Positions 15,746 through 25,152 of a stretch of 64,000 nt of DNA are shown here, piece by piece (positions within the stretch are counted from its first letter, which is position 1; each line of letters opens with the position of its first letter). Under the pieces are notes generated by a model. It had not been told where the DNA came from and did no database searches. It worked only from the letters and a program-made list of their open reading frames with translations. The position numbers and the translations under genes were made by a program. The stretch is from Candidatus Methylomirabilota bacterium (GTDB lineage: Bacteria > Methylomirabilota > Methylomirabilia > Rokubacteriales > CSP1-6), in contig DASSSH010000026.1 of NCBI GenBank assembly GCA_035708525.1, forward strand, positions 478 through 64,477, read 5' to 3'.

Positions 15746-16891
15746 CTATCGCCCGATTCCGGCGGTCTCGTCCACGTGGGCATCCTCCCGGAAATGCGGC
15801 ATGACCTCCCGCGAGAAGAGCTCCATCATCTCCAGCGTCTTCTCGTGACTGCCGCCGTTGAGGCCCGAGCACACGATCCCGGCCTGAAGCTCATCGGAGA
15901 AGACCGTGAGCTTGTCGCGCACCGTGGCGGGGCTGCCCACGATGATGTACCCCCCGGCCTCGAGATCGTCGAAGGTCAGCTCGGTGGGTGGCTTCGGCCG
16001 GTTGGCGAGCACGCGCCTCAGCGACGTCTCCGTCACGTAGCCCGGAGGCAGGTAAAACGGCGTTCGCATGCGGAGCCCCACGTTGTAGACCCAGAGGACG
16101 TTCTGCCGCGCGATCTCATAAGCCTTGGCGTCGTTCTCGGCCACCACGATGGGCAGGTTCACGGTGAGCTGGTAGCGGCTGGCCGTGTAGCCGGAACGCT
16201 CGCAGGCTTCCCGGTACTCGCCGTAGATCTGGGCGATGCGCTTGATGGGCGTGAAGACCATCAGATAGGGAAAGCGGCGCTGGGCCGCCCACTCGACCGT
16301 CTCGGTGCTGCCCTGGGACGGGCACCAGACGGGCGGATGCGGCTTCTGGAGCGGCCGGGGCCAGGGATTGACGTAGGGGTAGCGGAAGAAGCGGCCGTCA
16401 AAGGGGAACGGGCCTTCCTCGGTCCAGGCGCGGATGATCAGCTCGGCGGCCTCGTAGAAGCGCTCGCGCGAGTGAGTCGGGTTGACGGCCAGCGAGAAGT
16501 ACTCGGGGCCGATGCCGCGCACGAAGCCCGAGATCACGCGCCCCCCGGAGACCACATCCAGCATGGCGATCTCCTCGGCGACGCGGAGGGGATTCTCCCG
16601 GAGCGGGAGGCCATTGCCGAGGATGGCGATCTTCGCGCGGCTCGTCCTTCGCACCAGCATGGCCGCCATTACGTTGGGGCTCGGCATGGTGCCGTAGCAG
16701 TTCTGATGGTGCTCGTTGACGCACAGGCCATCCCAGCCGAGCCGCTCGGCGTATTCCAGCTGATCGAGGTACTGGTGGTACAGCCCGTGGCCGATCGCGG
16801 GGTCGTAATGGCGATTGGACAGCGTCACCCAGGACGACGGCTCCTCATGGTCCATCAGGTAGGGCATCAGATGGAAGTAGTAGAACTTCAC
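15746..16891 (-). CDS. LLM-class flavin-dependent oxidoreductase
   Basis: Luciferase-like motifs (GWDGLCVNEHH, PPVWCPSQGS). The ATG overlaps the upstream stop (ATGA). Confidence 0.9.
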   Translation of the reverse strand: MKFYYFHLMPYLMDHEEPSSWVTLSNRHYDPAIGHGLYHQYLDQLEYAERLGWDGLCVNEHHQNCYGTMPSPNVMAAMLVRRTSRAKIAILGNGLPLRENPLRVAEEIAMLDVVSGGRVISGFVRGIGPEYFSLAVNPTHSRERFYEAAELIIRAWTEEGPFPFDGRFFRYPYVNPWPRPLQKPHPPVWCPSQGSTETVEWAAQRRFPYLMVFTPIKRIAQIYGEYREACERSGYTASRYQLTVNLPIVVAENDAKAYEIARQNVLWVYNVGLRMRTPFYLPPGYVTETSLRRVLANRPKPPTELTFDDLEAGGYIIVGSPATVRDKLTVFSDELQAGIVCSGLNGGSHEKTLEMMELFSREVMPHFREDAHVDETAGIGR

Positions 16892-17679
16892 CGCGTGCCT
16901 TCCTGGCGGCAGCAGAAGTCGACCACGGCCGCGGCGACCGCCTCGGGCTCCTCCAGGTGTGGCACGTGGCCCGATTCACGGAAGGTCACGAGTCGGGCCC
17001 CGGGAATCTCCTTCATCCAGGCGTCCGCGCAGAGGAGCGGGCTCAGCTGGTCGTGCTCGCCCCAGCAGAGCAAGGTCGGCGCGGTGATCCGCGGCAGGCG
17101 CCGCCTGAGCAGCGGGTTGTAGAGGTAAGGATTCCAGGCCACGCGGGCCAGCGCCGCGTTCTGCCGGTAGAGCTCGGCGAGGGTGTCGATGGACTGATCC
17201 TTGGGCGCGAGGGCGAGCGCCGCTTCGGGGCGATGAAACACCGTCGCCACCAGCTCCGGGAGCTCCATCCCGAAGAGGAACGGATAGATCCAGCCGGTGA
17301 CCTTGATGCCGACCGGGTCGATGAGGACGAGCGAGCGGAGGCGATGCGAGGCCATGACCGCGATCTCGGCGGCGATCCACCCGCCGAACGACGCGCCGAC
17401 CAAGTGCACGCGGTCGAGCCCGAGCTCATCCAGGAGATCGAGGTAGTGGAAGGCCAGGTCCGAGACGTGCTCGATCCACTCGGCGGCCGGGGAGCCGCTA
17501 TGGCCGGGATGGCTCGGAGCGTAGACCGTGAAGTGGCGGGCCACGTGTTCCTGGAAGGTGAGCCAGCGTCCGCCCGCGCCGGCGCCGTGAAGGAAGAGGA
17601 GCGCCGGCCCGCTGCCGTCTGAAAGCAGGTGAACCGGGGTACCGCGCACCGAAAGCCGGCGCTCCGCTGGCGGGCTCAA
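16888..17679 (-). CDS. alpha/beta hydrolase
   Basis: LLFLHGAGAGG and the nucleophile elbow GASFGG. I chose TTG 17679 as the start because it overlaps the P450 stop (TTGA). The ATG at 17730 is an alternative. Confidence 0.8.
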   Translation of the reverse strand: MSPPAERRLSVRGTPVHLLSDGSGPALLFLHGAGAGGRWLTFQEHVARHFTVYAPSHPGHSGSPAAEWIEHVSDLAFHYLDLLDELGLDRVHLVGASFGGWIAAEIAVMASHRLRSLVLIDPVGIKVTGWIYPFLFGMELPELVATVFHRPEAALALAPKDQSIDTLAELYRQNAALARVAWNPYLYNPLLRRRLPRITAPTLLCWGEHDQLSPLLCADAWMKEIPGARLVTFRESGHVPHLEEPEAVAAAVVDFCCRQEGTR

Positions 17680-18878
17680 CAGCTGACCGGCAGGCTCTTG
17701 AGACCGCGGAGCACTTGGGACTCCCGCCACTCCAGCCGGTCCGTGGCGAGCGTAAGCCGCGGCAATCGGCGGACCAGGGTCCCAAGCGCGATCTGTCCCT
17801 CGAGGCGCGCCAGCGGTGCGCCCAGACAGAAGTGGATCCCGAAGCCGAAGGCGATGTGACGGTTGTCGGGCCGCGAGATGTCGAGCCGATCGGGATCGGG
17901 GAAGTGAGCGGGATCCCGGTTCGCGGCGCCGATCACGGTGACGACCATGGAGCGGTGAGCGATCTTGTGCCCGCCGATCTCCACGTCGGCGTTGGTGATC
18001 CGCGCGGTCCGTTGGACCGGTCCGTCATAGCGGAGCAGCTCCTCGACGGCGCTCTGGGTCAGCGCCGGATCGTCGCGGAGCCGCTTGAGCTCCGCGGGAT
18101 GACGGAGCAGGGCCAGCAGGCCATTGCCGATCAGGTTGACGGTCGTCTCATGACCGGCGATGTAAAGGAGCACGCACGTGGCCAGGAGCTCGCCTTCGGA
18201 GAGCTTGTCGCCCTGCTCCTCGGCCTCGATCAGCAGGCTCAGCAGATCGCCGCGAGGGCGCTTCTTGCGGTCGGGGATAAGACTGCGGAAGTAGTCGCCG
18301 ATCGCGCGCCGCCCCGTCCTGCCGCGCTCCACGATCTCCTGGTCCGTCGGGAGGCCGATGGCGTCCAGGCTCCGCGCGATGTCCGCGGACCATTGCTTGA
18401 TCCGCTCGCGATCGTCCTCGGGAACGCCGAGCATCTCCGAGATCACCGTGACGGGCAAGGGGTAGGCGAGGTCGGCGATCACCTCCATCCGCCCCGCCTC
18501 CTGGATCCGATCCAGCAACCCGTCCACGATCTGCTGGATGCGGGGCCGCAGCCCCTCGATCACCCGGGGAGTGAAGGCGCGGCTCACCAGCCCGCGCAGC
18601 CGCGTGTGATCGGGTGGGTCCCGGAAGAGCATGGAGGTCGGGAGCCGCCCCGGCTCGGCCGCGCCGCCGTAGACCGACTCGAGCATGGCTTCAAACCCTG
18701 CGCGGCCGAAGCGTGGATCGCGCAGGACCATCACGCAGTCGTCGTAGCGCGTGAGGACCCAGAAGCCGAGCGGGCTCTGATGGACCGGATCGACCTCGCG
18801 CAGGCGCTGGTAGAAGGGATACGGGTCAGCGTTGAAGTCGGGCAGGAACGGGTCGAACAGCGCCTCGGCGGATGCCAT
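17676..18878 (-). CDS. cytochrome P450
   Basis: Heme loop FGFGIHFCLGAPLARLE, EELLR (ExxR), and AGHETT in the I-helix. Confidence 0.92.
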   Translation of the reverse strand: MASAEALFDPFLPDFNADPYPFYQRLREVDPVHQSPLGFWVLTRYDDCVMVLRDPRFGRAGFEAMLESVYGGAAEPGRLPTSMLFRDPPDHTRLRGLVSRAFTPRVIEGLRPRIQQIVDGLLDRIQEAGRMEVIADLAYPLPVTVISEMLGVPEDDRERIKQWSADIARSLDAIGLPTDQEIVERGRTGRRAIGDYFRSLIPDRKKRPRGDLLSLLIEAEEQGDKLSEGELLATCVLLYIAGHETTVNLIGNGLLALLRHPAELKRLRDDPALTQSAVEELLRYDGPVQRTARITNADVEIGGHKIAHRSMVVTVIGAANRDPAHFPDPDRLDISRPDNRHIAFGFGIHFCLGAPLARLEGQIALGTLVRRLPRLTLATDRLEWRESQVLRGLKSLPVSC

Positions 18879-19027
18879 GGCTGGCGATGGTAAACGAAGC
18901 CCCGGCAGCCCGCAAGGGATCCCGGCGAGGGTCCGCGCGGCGCGGCGGAATTCAGGGACAGGACGCCCGGGGTGGGTGTATAAAGGACCCTCGTGTCGGC
19001 CTGAAACCTTCCACCAAGGAGCCGCTC

Positions 19028-20011
19028 GTGGCCACCAAGGTCGTGCTTTCGCCGAAGCTGCCCGTCCCGCTGGTCGAGATCGCGCGCTCCGTCATGCCCG
19101 CCGGCTACGAGCTCCATGTCGCCGACCAGGGCACCGCGGAGTTTTTCGACACCCTGGAGGACGCCGAGTACTTCGTGGGCTTCGCCCGGTCGAGCCTCGG
19201 CTCGGACTTCTACCGCGCCGCTCCGCGGCTCAAGCTCGTCCAGCTCATCAGCGCCGGCTACGACCGACTCGACCTCGAGGCGGCCCGCAAGGCGCGCGTG
19301 CCCGTCGCCAACAACGGGGGCGCCAACGCCATCGCGGTCGCCGAGCACACCCTGGCGCTCATGCTGGCGGTGATGAAGAAGATCGTGTGGCAGCACAACA
19401 ACGTCGTCGCCGGCAAGTGGCGGGTCGGCGACTTCTCGGCCACGCGGCTCTACGAGCTCTCCGGCAAGACCCTCGGCATCGTCGGGCTCGGCAACATCGG
19501 CAAGAAGGTGGCCCGGCGGGCGCTGGGATTCGACATGCAGGTGCGGTATTACGACATCGTCCGGCTCGCGGAGGACCGAGAGGACGCCCTCGGCGTCCGC
19601 TTCGCGCTCTTCGAGGAGCTCCTCCGGGTCTCCGATGTCGTGAGTCTGCACGTGCCGCTGACGGATCGGACGCGCGGGATGATGGGCGAGCGCGAGTTCG
19701 CTCTGATGAAGCCCAGCGCGATCCTCATCAACACCTGTCGCGGCCCGGTGGTGGACGAGGTCGCCCTCCACGCGGCGCTCACGAGCGGGCGGATCGCCGG
19801 CGCCGGGCTCGACGTCATGCTCGAGGAGCCGCCGCCGGCGGACCATCCGCTCTTCGCGCTCGACACCGTGACGATCACGCCGCACATGGCGGGCCCCACG
19901 TGGGACAACTGGTCGCGGTGCTTCCGGAACGCCTTCGACAACATCCAGCGTGTCGCCTGCGGCGACCGGCCGCTCTGGATCATCCCCGAGCTGGAGCAGC
20001 CGCCGCGCTGA
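19028..20011 (+). CDS. D-isomer-specific 2-hydroxyacid dehydrogenase family protein
   Basis: GTG 19028 with an AAGGAG RBS. NAD-binding site GIVGLGNIGKKVA, and TPHMAG at the catalytic His region. Confidence 0.88.
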   Translation: MATKVVLSPKLPVPLVEIARSVMPAGYELHVADQGTAEFFDTLEDAEYFVGFARSSLGSDFYRAAPRLKLVQLISAGYDRLDLEAARKARVPVANNGGANAIAVAEHTLALMLAVMKKIVWQHNNVVAGKWRVGDFSATRLYELSGKTLGIVGLGNIGKKVARRALGFDMQVRYYDIVRLAEDREDALGVRFALFEELLRVSDVVSLHVPLTDRTRGMMGEREFALMKPSAILINTCRGPVVDEVALHAALTSGRIAGAGLDVMLEEPPPADHPLFALDTVTITPHMAGPTWDNWSRCFRNAFDNIQRVACGDRPLWIIPELEQPPR

Positions 20012-20107
20012 GCGCCTGGGTCGAAGCCGGGCGACCTGGCTCGCGCCGGCGGGCGATCGCTTGACGGGACCGCGGGCTGGTGGGACGCTCTGCTCGCGAG
20101 CACGGCG

Positions 20108-20698
20108 ATGAGACGGGTGGGCCTTCTTCATCTCGTGAGTGCGCTCGGCGCCTTGGCGCTGTTGACCGGCGCGGCCGCGGCTCAGGAGCGTCCGAGGTCA
20201 CACGACCGCCTCCCGACGACCGCGCCCAACCAGGTCGTCGCCCATCCCCGGTTCTCACAGCGGATTCACCCAGCCTTTCTCCCGCGGCATCGGGCCCCGC
20301 ATATCCCATATCCGTATTCGAGCTATTTCTACGGGCCGCCGATGGTGTACGAGCAGCCCTCGTCGTACCTGATCGCGCCCCCCGCCCCGATCCCGTCGGT
20401 GATCGAGTACCCGAACGGCCGTTATGAGCTGCGGGGGGACGGCGTCACCACGCCGTTTCGCTGGGTGTGGATTCCCAAGCCGCCCCCTGGGCCGCCCGAA
20501 GCCCCCCCGGCCGCGCCACCCGCTCCGCCTGAGCCGCCGGTAGCGGCCAAGCCCAGCGCCGAGCGGCGGCCGGCGTCTCCCACGGCCGTCTATCGCTGGA
20601 CCGACGAGGAGGGCGTGACGCACTGGACCGATCAGCTGGAAAATATTCCCGAGCGCTACCGCGCCAAGGTCCAACGGCCGACTCTCGCCGGACGGTAG
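20108..20698 (+). CDS. secreted Pro-rich protein with a C-terminal DUF4124 domain
   Basis: Signal peptide, the motif YPNGRYELRGDGVTTPFRWVWIPKPPP, and the DUF4124-like VYRWTDEEGVTHWTDQLENIP. Confidence 0.75.
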   Translation: MRRVGLLHLVSALGALALLTGAAAAQERPRSHDRLPTTAPNQVVAHPRFSQRIHPAFLPRHRAPHIPYPYSSYFYGPPMVYEQPSSYLIAPPAPIPSVIEYPNGRYELRGDGVTTPFRWVWIPKPPPGPPEAPPAAPPAPPEPPVAAKPSAERRPASPTAVYRWTDEEGVTHWTDQLENIPERYRAKVQRPTLAGR

Positions 20699-20951
20699 GG
20701 GCGGTCCTCAAGGGGCCGTGGAACGAAGACTGAGCCCGCCGAGTTTGGGGCGGTAAGAAGGATGGATGAGGCCGGCCGCGGCGGAGCGGCGGGTTATGGC
20801 GCCCTGCGTTGGATAGCTGCGAGCGATCCACGGGGGGTGGCGGGGGGATACTAGTCGGGCCGCCCTGTCGGTTTTCTTCTTCTGCGTTGAATGGCCGAGA
20901 GGGTAGCCGGGTCCAAGGTAATAGCGAGTCGGCAGGGCCAGGAGGCGGGCA

Positions 20952-21401
20952 ATGAAGCGGTTGGTGATCGTGGCTCTTGCGGTGCTGGCGTCAGTCTTCT
21001 GGAGTACAGCCCCGAGTCAGGCCTGGGACGGCCGTCACGGTGGGTCCAGGGGCCATCACCACGGCTTCCGGGGCCATCATCACGGCTTCCGGGGTCACCA
21101 TGGCTTCGTCGGCGCCCGGGTCTTCATCGGGCCTGGGATCTTCTTCGGCGCCCCGTTCGTGTATCCCTATACCTACCCGTACGCGTATCGTTATACCTAC
21201 CCGTACGCGTATCCTTATCCGGTCTACTCGCCGCCCGCCGTCGTCGAGGCCCCGCCTCCGGTCTATGCTCAGCCTCAGCCGCAGTACTGGTACTACTGCC
21301 AGGACGCGCAGGGGTACTACCCGTATGTCTCGCAGTGTCCGGGGGGCTGGCTCCAGGTCGCACCCTCCCCGCAGCCCGGGGGTCCTTCCCAGGGATACTA
21401 G
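20952..21401 (+). CDS. secreted His/Tyr/Pro-rich repeat protein with a C-terminal YWYYC...CPGGW motif
   Basis: AGGAGG RBS, signal peptide MKRLVIVALAVLASVFWSTAPSQA, GHHHGFR repeats, YTYPYAYR repeats, and QYWYYCQDAQGYYPYVSQCPGGWLQV. Confidence 0.7.
   Translation: MKRLVIVALAVLASVFWSTAPSQAWDGRHGGSRGHHHGFRGHHHGFRGHHGFVGARVFIGPGIFFGAPFVYPYTYPYAYRYTYPYAYPYPVYSPPAVVEAPPPVYAQPQPQYWYYCQDAQGYYPYVSQCPGGWLQVAPSPQPGGPSQGY
21051..21107 (+). repeat. intragenic 21-nt tandem repeat (about 2.7 units) encoding GHHHGFR
   Basis: ggccatcaccacggcttccgg / ggccatcatcacggcttccgg / ggtcaccatggcttc. Confidence 0.85.
21168..21215 (+). repeat. intragenic 24-nt tandem repeat (2 units) encoding YTYPYAY(R/P)
   Basis: tatacctacccgtacgcgtatcgt / tatacctacccgtacgcgtatcct. 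Confidence 0.85.
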
Positions 21402-21427
21402 AGGAGGGCAGCACCACCTGAGCGCGG

Positions 21428-23284
21428 TCAGGAGGCGACGAGCTTCCGCACCGTCTCGACGATGTGCCGGGCGCTGATCCCGTAGCGGTCGAGCAAGGCC
21501 TCGGACGGACCGCTCCGCGGCAGCTCGCTGACGGCGAGCTTGTGGACCTGGACTCCCTCGCCGGCGACAGCCTCCAGCACCGCATCGCCAAGCCCGCCCT
21601 GCAGGTAGTGGTCCTCCACCGTGACCAGTCGGCCGCCGGTCGCGCGGGCCGCGGCCAGCAGGCTCTCCCGGTCGAGGGGCTTGACAGAGTACAGGTCGAT
21701 CACCCGGATCGAAATGCCGTGTCGACCGAGTTCCTCGCGGGCCTTGAGCGCCTCGTGAAGGGTGATGCCCGCGGCCACGACGGTCACGCGGTCGGCCTCG
21801 CTCTGGGCGACCACCTTCAGACCGCCGATGGCGAAGGTCTCATCGGGGCCGTAGAGGACCGGCGTCTTGGGGCGGGTGGTGCGGATATAGACGATCCCTC
21901 GCCGACCCGCGGCCAGCTCCACGCATCGCTCCGTCGACACCGAATCGGCCGGGTACAGGATGACCGAATCCGGGATGACGCGGAACATGGCCAGATCCTC
22001 CAGCCCCATCTGAGACGGCCCGTCCTCACCGATGCTCACGCCGCAGTGCGAGCCGCTGAACTTCACGTTGGCCCGCGAGATGGCAGCCATGCGGATCTGG
22101 TCGAACGCGCGGGTCAGGAAGCACGCGAAGGTCGAGACGAAGGGGATCTTCCCATAGGCGGCTAGGCCGACCGCGACCCCGACCATGTTCTGCTCGGCGA
22201 TGAAGCCCTCGACGTACTGCTCCGGGCACGCCTTCTTGAAGAGCTCCGCGTAGGTCGAGTTCTTGACGTCGCCGTCCAGCGCCACGATGCCCGGACTGAG
22301 CCTCCCGAGCTTGGCCAGCGCCTCGCCATAGGCCTGGCGCGTCGCCACGGCGGTCCCCTTGTCATGCGCGGAGACGCGGAAGGCTTCCGGGTTGGCCGCC
22401 TTCGGAGCGGCCGGCGGCGGCCCCTGGGGCGGATGAACCGGCGGGAGCTTGGCCCCGTGCAGCCGCGCTTCCAGCGCCGCGATCGCCTTGCTGGCGGCGG
22501 TCTCGTCGAGCGCCCGTCCGTGCCAGCCCTCCTGATCCTCGATGCCCTCGATGCCTTTGCCCTTGAAGGTTCGGGCGATCACGGCGACCGGAACACCTGA
22601 TGGACGGCGCGCCCGGCGCAAGGCTCGGACGACCTGCTCCATCTCGTGGCCTTCGACGAGAAGGGCCCGCCAGCCGAAGGCCTCGAAGCGTCCCTGGTAG
22701 ACCCGGATGTCGTGCTCGAGCATGGTGGGCTGCGACTGGCCGAGGCGGTTGACGTCCACGACCGCGATCAGGTTTTCCAGCCGGTAGTAGCCGGCGAAGG
22801 CCGCCGCTTCCCACACGCTGCCCTCGGCGCATTCTCCGTCGCCGAGGAGCACGAAGATCGCCCCGGGAGCATTGTCGAGCTTGCGCGCGAGGGCCATGCC
22901 GACCCCGACGCTGAGACCCTGGCCGAGCGAGCCCGTGGCGACCTCCACGAACTTCAGGCGCGGGGTCGGGTGACCTTCGAGATCGCTGTCCAGGTGTCGG
23001 AGCGTCACGAGGTCTTCGGGCGAGAGGACTCCAGCTTCGGCCCAGGCCGCGTACAGCAGCGGCGCCGCGTGCCCTTTGCTGAGGATCAGCCGATCATTGT
23101 CGGGCGCGAGCGGCTCGGTCGGCCTGAAGCGCATGACGTCGAAGAAGAGGGCGGCCATCAGGTCGGCCGCCGAGCAGCAGCTCGTCGGATGCCCGCTGCC
23201 GGCCGCGGTGGTGGCGCGAATCGAATGGATGCGGAGTCGCGTGGCTCGATCTTCGAGGCCGGGCAGATCCGGCTGAGTTGGCAT
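21428..23284 (-). CDS. transketolase (single polypeptide carrying both N- and C-terminal halves)
   Basis: ATG 23284 with a GGAGGA RBS. GSGHPTSCCSAADL, the TPP-binding motif GDGECAEGSVWEA, and the pyrimidine-binding and C-terminal domains. Confidence 0.9.
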   Translation of the reverse strand: MPTQPDLPGLEDRATRLRIHSIRATTAAGSGHPTSCCSAADLMAALFFDVMRFRPTEPLAPDNDRLILSKGHAAPLLYAAWAEAGVLSPEDLVTLRHLDSDLEGHPTPRLKFVEVATGSLGQGLSVGVGMALARKLDNAPGAIFVLLGDGECAEGSVWEAAAFAGYYRLENLIAVVDVNRLGQSQPTMLEHDIRVYQGRFEAFGWRALLVEGHEMEQVVRALRRARRPSGVPVAVIARTFKGKGIEGIEDQEGWHGRALDETAASKAIAALEARLHGAKLPPVHPPQGPPPAAPKAANPEAFRVSAHDKGTAVATRQAYGEALAKLGRLSPGIVALDGDVKNSTYAELFKKACPEQYVEGFIAEQNMVGVAVGLAAYGKIPFVSTFACFLTRAFDQIRMAAISRANVKFSGSHCGVSIGEDGPSQMGLEDLAMFRVIPDSVILYPADSVSTERCVELAAGRRGIVYIRTTRPKTPVLYGPDETFAIGGLKVVAQSEADRVTVVAAGITLHEALKAREELGRHGISIRVIDLYSVKPLDRESLLAAARATGGRLVTVEDHYLQGGLGDAVLEAVAGEGVQVHKLAVSELPRSGPSEALLDRYGISARHIVETVRKLVAS

Positions 23285-23542
23285 GACATCCTCCGTATCG
23301 TCCGAGGCGAAGCGCGCTGGCCCGTGAATGCGGCCGATCGCCTCCGTCTCAATGGCATCAAGCAAAGGCTCACGCCGGATGCGCATGTTGTCAAGGCACC
23401 GCAAGCCCACTTGGCACCGGCGCGCCCCGCGAATCCTGGAGCGCTTCGGGCCTTGGCACGGAGAATGCTCCGGAGAATCTCCGAAGTCGCAAAGGGATCG
23501 AGATCCACGGACGATTCGGGCGCTCGGGGGAGGAGCCAGCCG

Positions 23543-23923
23543 ATGATGACCATCGTGACTCACACCGAGGTGAAAGATGGGGCGGAACGCCGGTGGGACG
23601 CGGTGATGCGCGAGCGTATGATCGCCGCGAAGGCGCAGCCGGGGTGGATTGGCGGACAGCTGCTTCGGTCAGCCGATGAGCCGAACAAGCGCGTAATCGT
23701 CGGCACATGGAGGGCTCGCGCCGACTGGGAGAAGTGGCACAAGGATCCCCGGTTCGCCGAGACCCGCCAGGAGCTCGACGAGCTGGTGACCGGACCCGCC
23801 GAGCACTGGTGGCACGAGGTGGTGCTCGATGTCAGAAAGGCGGGAGTGAAAGCGGCTCCGCCTGCGGCCAAATCGAAAGGCAAGCGCTCCGCGAAGCGCA
23901 AGGCGAGATATACGGGCCGGTAA
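23543..23923 (+). CDS. antibiotic-biosynthesis-monooxygenase (ABM) domain protein with a Lys-rich tail
   Basis: GGGGGAGGAG RBS. MMTIVTHTEVKDG...VIVGTWRARADWEKWH. The upstream part of ORF 22646..23923 is antisense to the transketolase gene. Confidence 0.75.
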   Translation: MMTIVTHTEVKDGAERRWDAVMRERMIAAKAQPGWIGGQLLRSADEPNKRVIVGTWRARADWEKWHKDPRFAETRQELDELVTGPAEHWWHEVVLDVRKAGVKAAPPAAKSKGKRSAKRKARYTGR

Positions 23924-23973
23924 ATCTTACCCGCCATGCCGGTACTTCTTTCCGGCGCCGGAGGACTGTCTCC

Positions 23974-24345
23974 ATGAGGATCACCACTGAATCACGGATC
24001 AGCGACATCCTCCAGCGGTACCCGAGCACGGGGCCCGTGTTCATCCAGAGCGGACGCTTGTACGTGAACCGGCCGGGCGAGCTCTACGCGCGGTTCCCTG
24101 AGCTCTCGGTGGAGGAGTTCGCCAGGCAGAACGGGATCGACCTGTCCTCGCTGCTCAGAGAACTCGACGCCCTCGCGGGATCCGAGGAGGCGGCATGGAG
24201 CGGTCGCGCTCCGCGGGCCGTCGAGGAAGCCCGCGGCGACTTCTCGTTGACCCTGGGCTATACCGGCAGCTATCGGCCTGGCGAGGACTCGGCTCCCCAG
24301 AGAGTCTCGGTGGTCGCGACGCAGTCCGCCCGCGGTCCCGAGTAG
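23974..24345 (+). CDS. DUF1858-like domain protein
   Basis: MRITTESRISDILQRYPSTGPVFIQSG...SVEEFARQNGIDLSSLLRELD resembles DUF1858 N-terminal domains. Confidence 0.6.
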   Translation: MRITTESRISDILQRYPSTGPVFIQSGRLYVNRPGELYARFPELSVEEFARQNGIDLSSLLRELDALAGSEEAAWSGRAPRAVEEARGDFSLTLGYTGSYRPGEDSAPQRVSVVATQSARGPE

Positions 24346-24380
24346 CCGACGAAGCGAGCGGGCGAGAGGAGGGCGACGAC

Positions 24381-24698
24381 ATGGTGATGGTGACGATGCG
24401 AGCGAAGGAGGCGCTGGTACGCATTCGGGCATCGGCGAACGTGAACGACCCGGACATCGGGCTGCGATTGGAGGCCGCGAACGCCGGCTTCGGGCTGTTT
24501 CCGGACCGCGGGAAGCCGGGCGATCAGATCGTCGAGCACGACGGCGAGAAGATCTTGCTCATCGACGATAAACTGTCCGAAGCCCTTACAGGAGCCCGGA
24601 TCGACTGCAAGCGGGCCGGGGACGAGATCCAGCTCGTGATCGGCCGAGCCGAGGACTCCCCGTCACCGGCCAGCAACGGCGGGCCGGGGGCCGCATAA
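24381..24698 (+). CDS. HesB/IscA-fold-like small protein lacking the Cys triad
   Basis: The pattern MVTMRAKEALVRIRA...GLRLEAA..GFGLFPD..KPGDQIVEHDGEKILLIDDKLSEALTGARIDC resembles HesB-like proteins. A GAGGAGGG RBS is present. Confidence 0.55.
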   Translation: MVMVTMRAKEALVRIRASANVNDPDIGLRLEAANAGFGLFPDRGKPGDQIVEHDGEKILLIDDKLSEALTGARIDCKRAGDEIQLVIGRAEDSPSPASNGGPGAA

Positions 24699-24786
24699 TC
24701 GGGTCGACCCTCACGCCCTGAGTGCTTCGCTCCTCGCCCCAGAATCCCGGGTGGCGCGCCGGCGCGTCCAGACGGTATGATCAGAT

Positions 24787-25104
24787 ATGGGCGCGTCCGG
24801 TCCGGCAGCGGCCTCTGATCCCCTCGCGAAGGCTATCGAGCTCTTGGCCGAGGGAGCATGGCAGCCGGCCCACGACCTCGTCCAGCGCGAGAAGTCCCCG
24901 CTGGCCGCGTGGCTCCACGGCATCGCGCATACCGTCGAGGGCGATCTCGAGAATGCGCGGTACTGGTACCGCAGAGCGGACCGCGCCTTTCCTGGGCGAG
25001 ATGCCCTGGAACGCGAGATCGCGGCGGCCCGAGACGCGCTGCGGGACCGGAGCCATCCGGAACGGTGTGAGGGCTTTCCCGGGCCCGACGCAAGACGGCC
25101 ATGA
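24787..25104 (+). CDS. conserved hypothetical protein
   Basis: AHDLVQ...AAWLHGIAHTVEGDLENARYWYRRADR is a recurrent small-protein motif. Codon bias looks coding. Confidence 0.55.
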   Translation: MGASGPAAASDPLAKAIELLAEGAWQPAHDLVQREKSPLAAWLHGIAHTVEGDLENARYWYRRADRAFPGRDALEREIAAARDALRDRSHPERCEGFPGPDARRP

Positions 25105-25152
25105 CGTCGTCTGGGCCGCCCGCTCGTGACTCCAACACAGGAGGGTTCAGAC

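Noticed and set aside
15197-17122. Very long ORFs antisense to, or out of frame with, recognised genes. Examples: 15197..17122 (+), 18731..20131 (-), 107..1081 (-), 49828..51357 (+), 32944..34563 (+), 35397..37124 (+), and the upstream half of 30200..33817 (-).
   Set aside because: Their translations are low-complexity Arg/Ala/Gly/Pro-rich with no recognisable motifs. They overlap genes with clear family signatures. Such stop-free shadow frames are expected in very GC-rich DNA.
22646-23542. The N-terminal 299 codons of ORF 22646..23923, treated as part of the ABM-domain gene.
   Set aside because: That portion is antisense to the transketolase gene and has no motifs. A strong RBS and ATG at 23543 give a normal-sized ABM protein.
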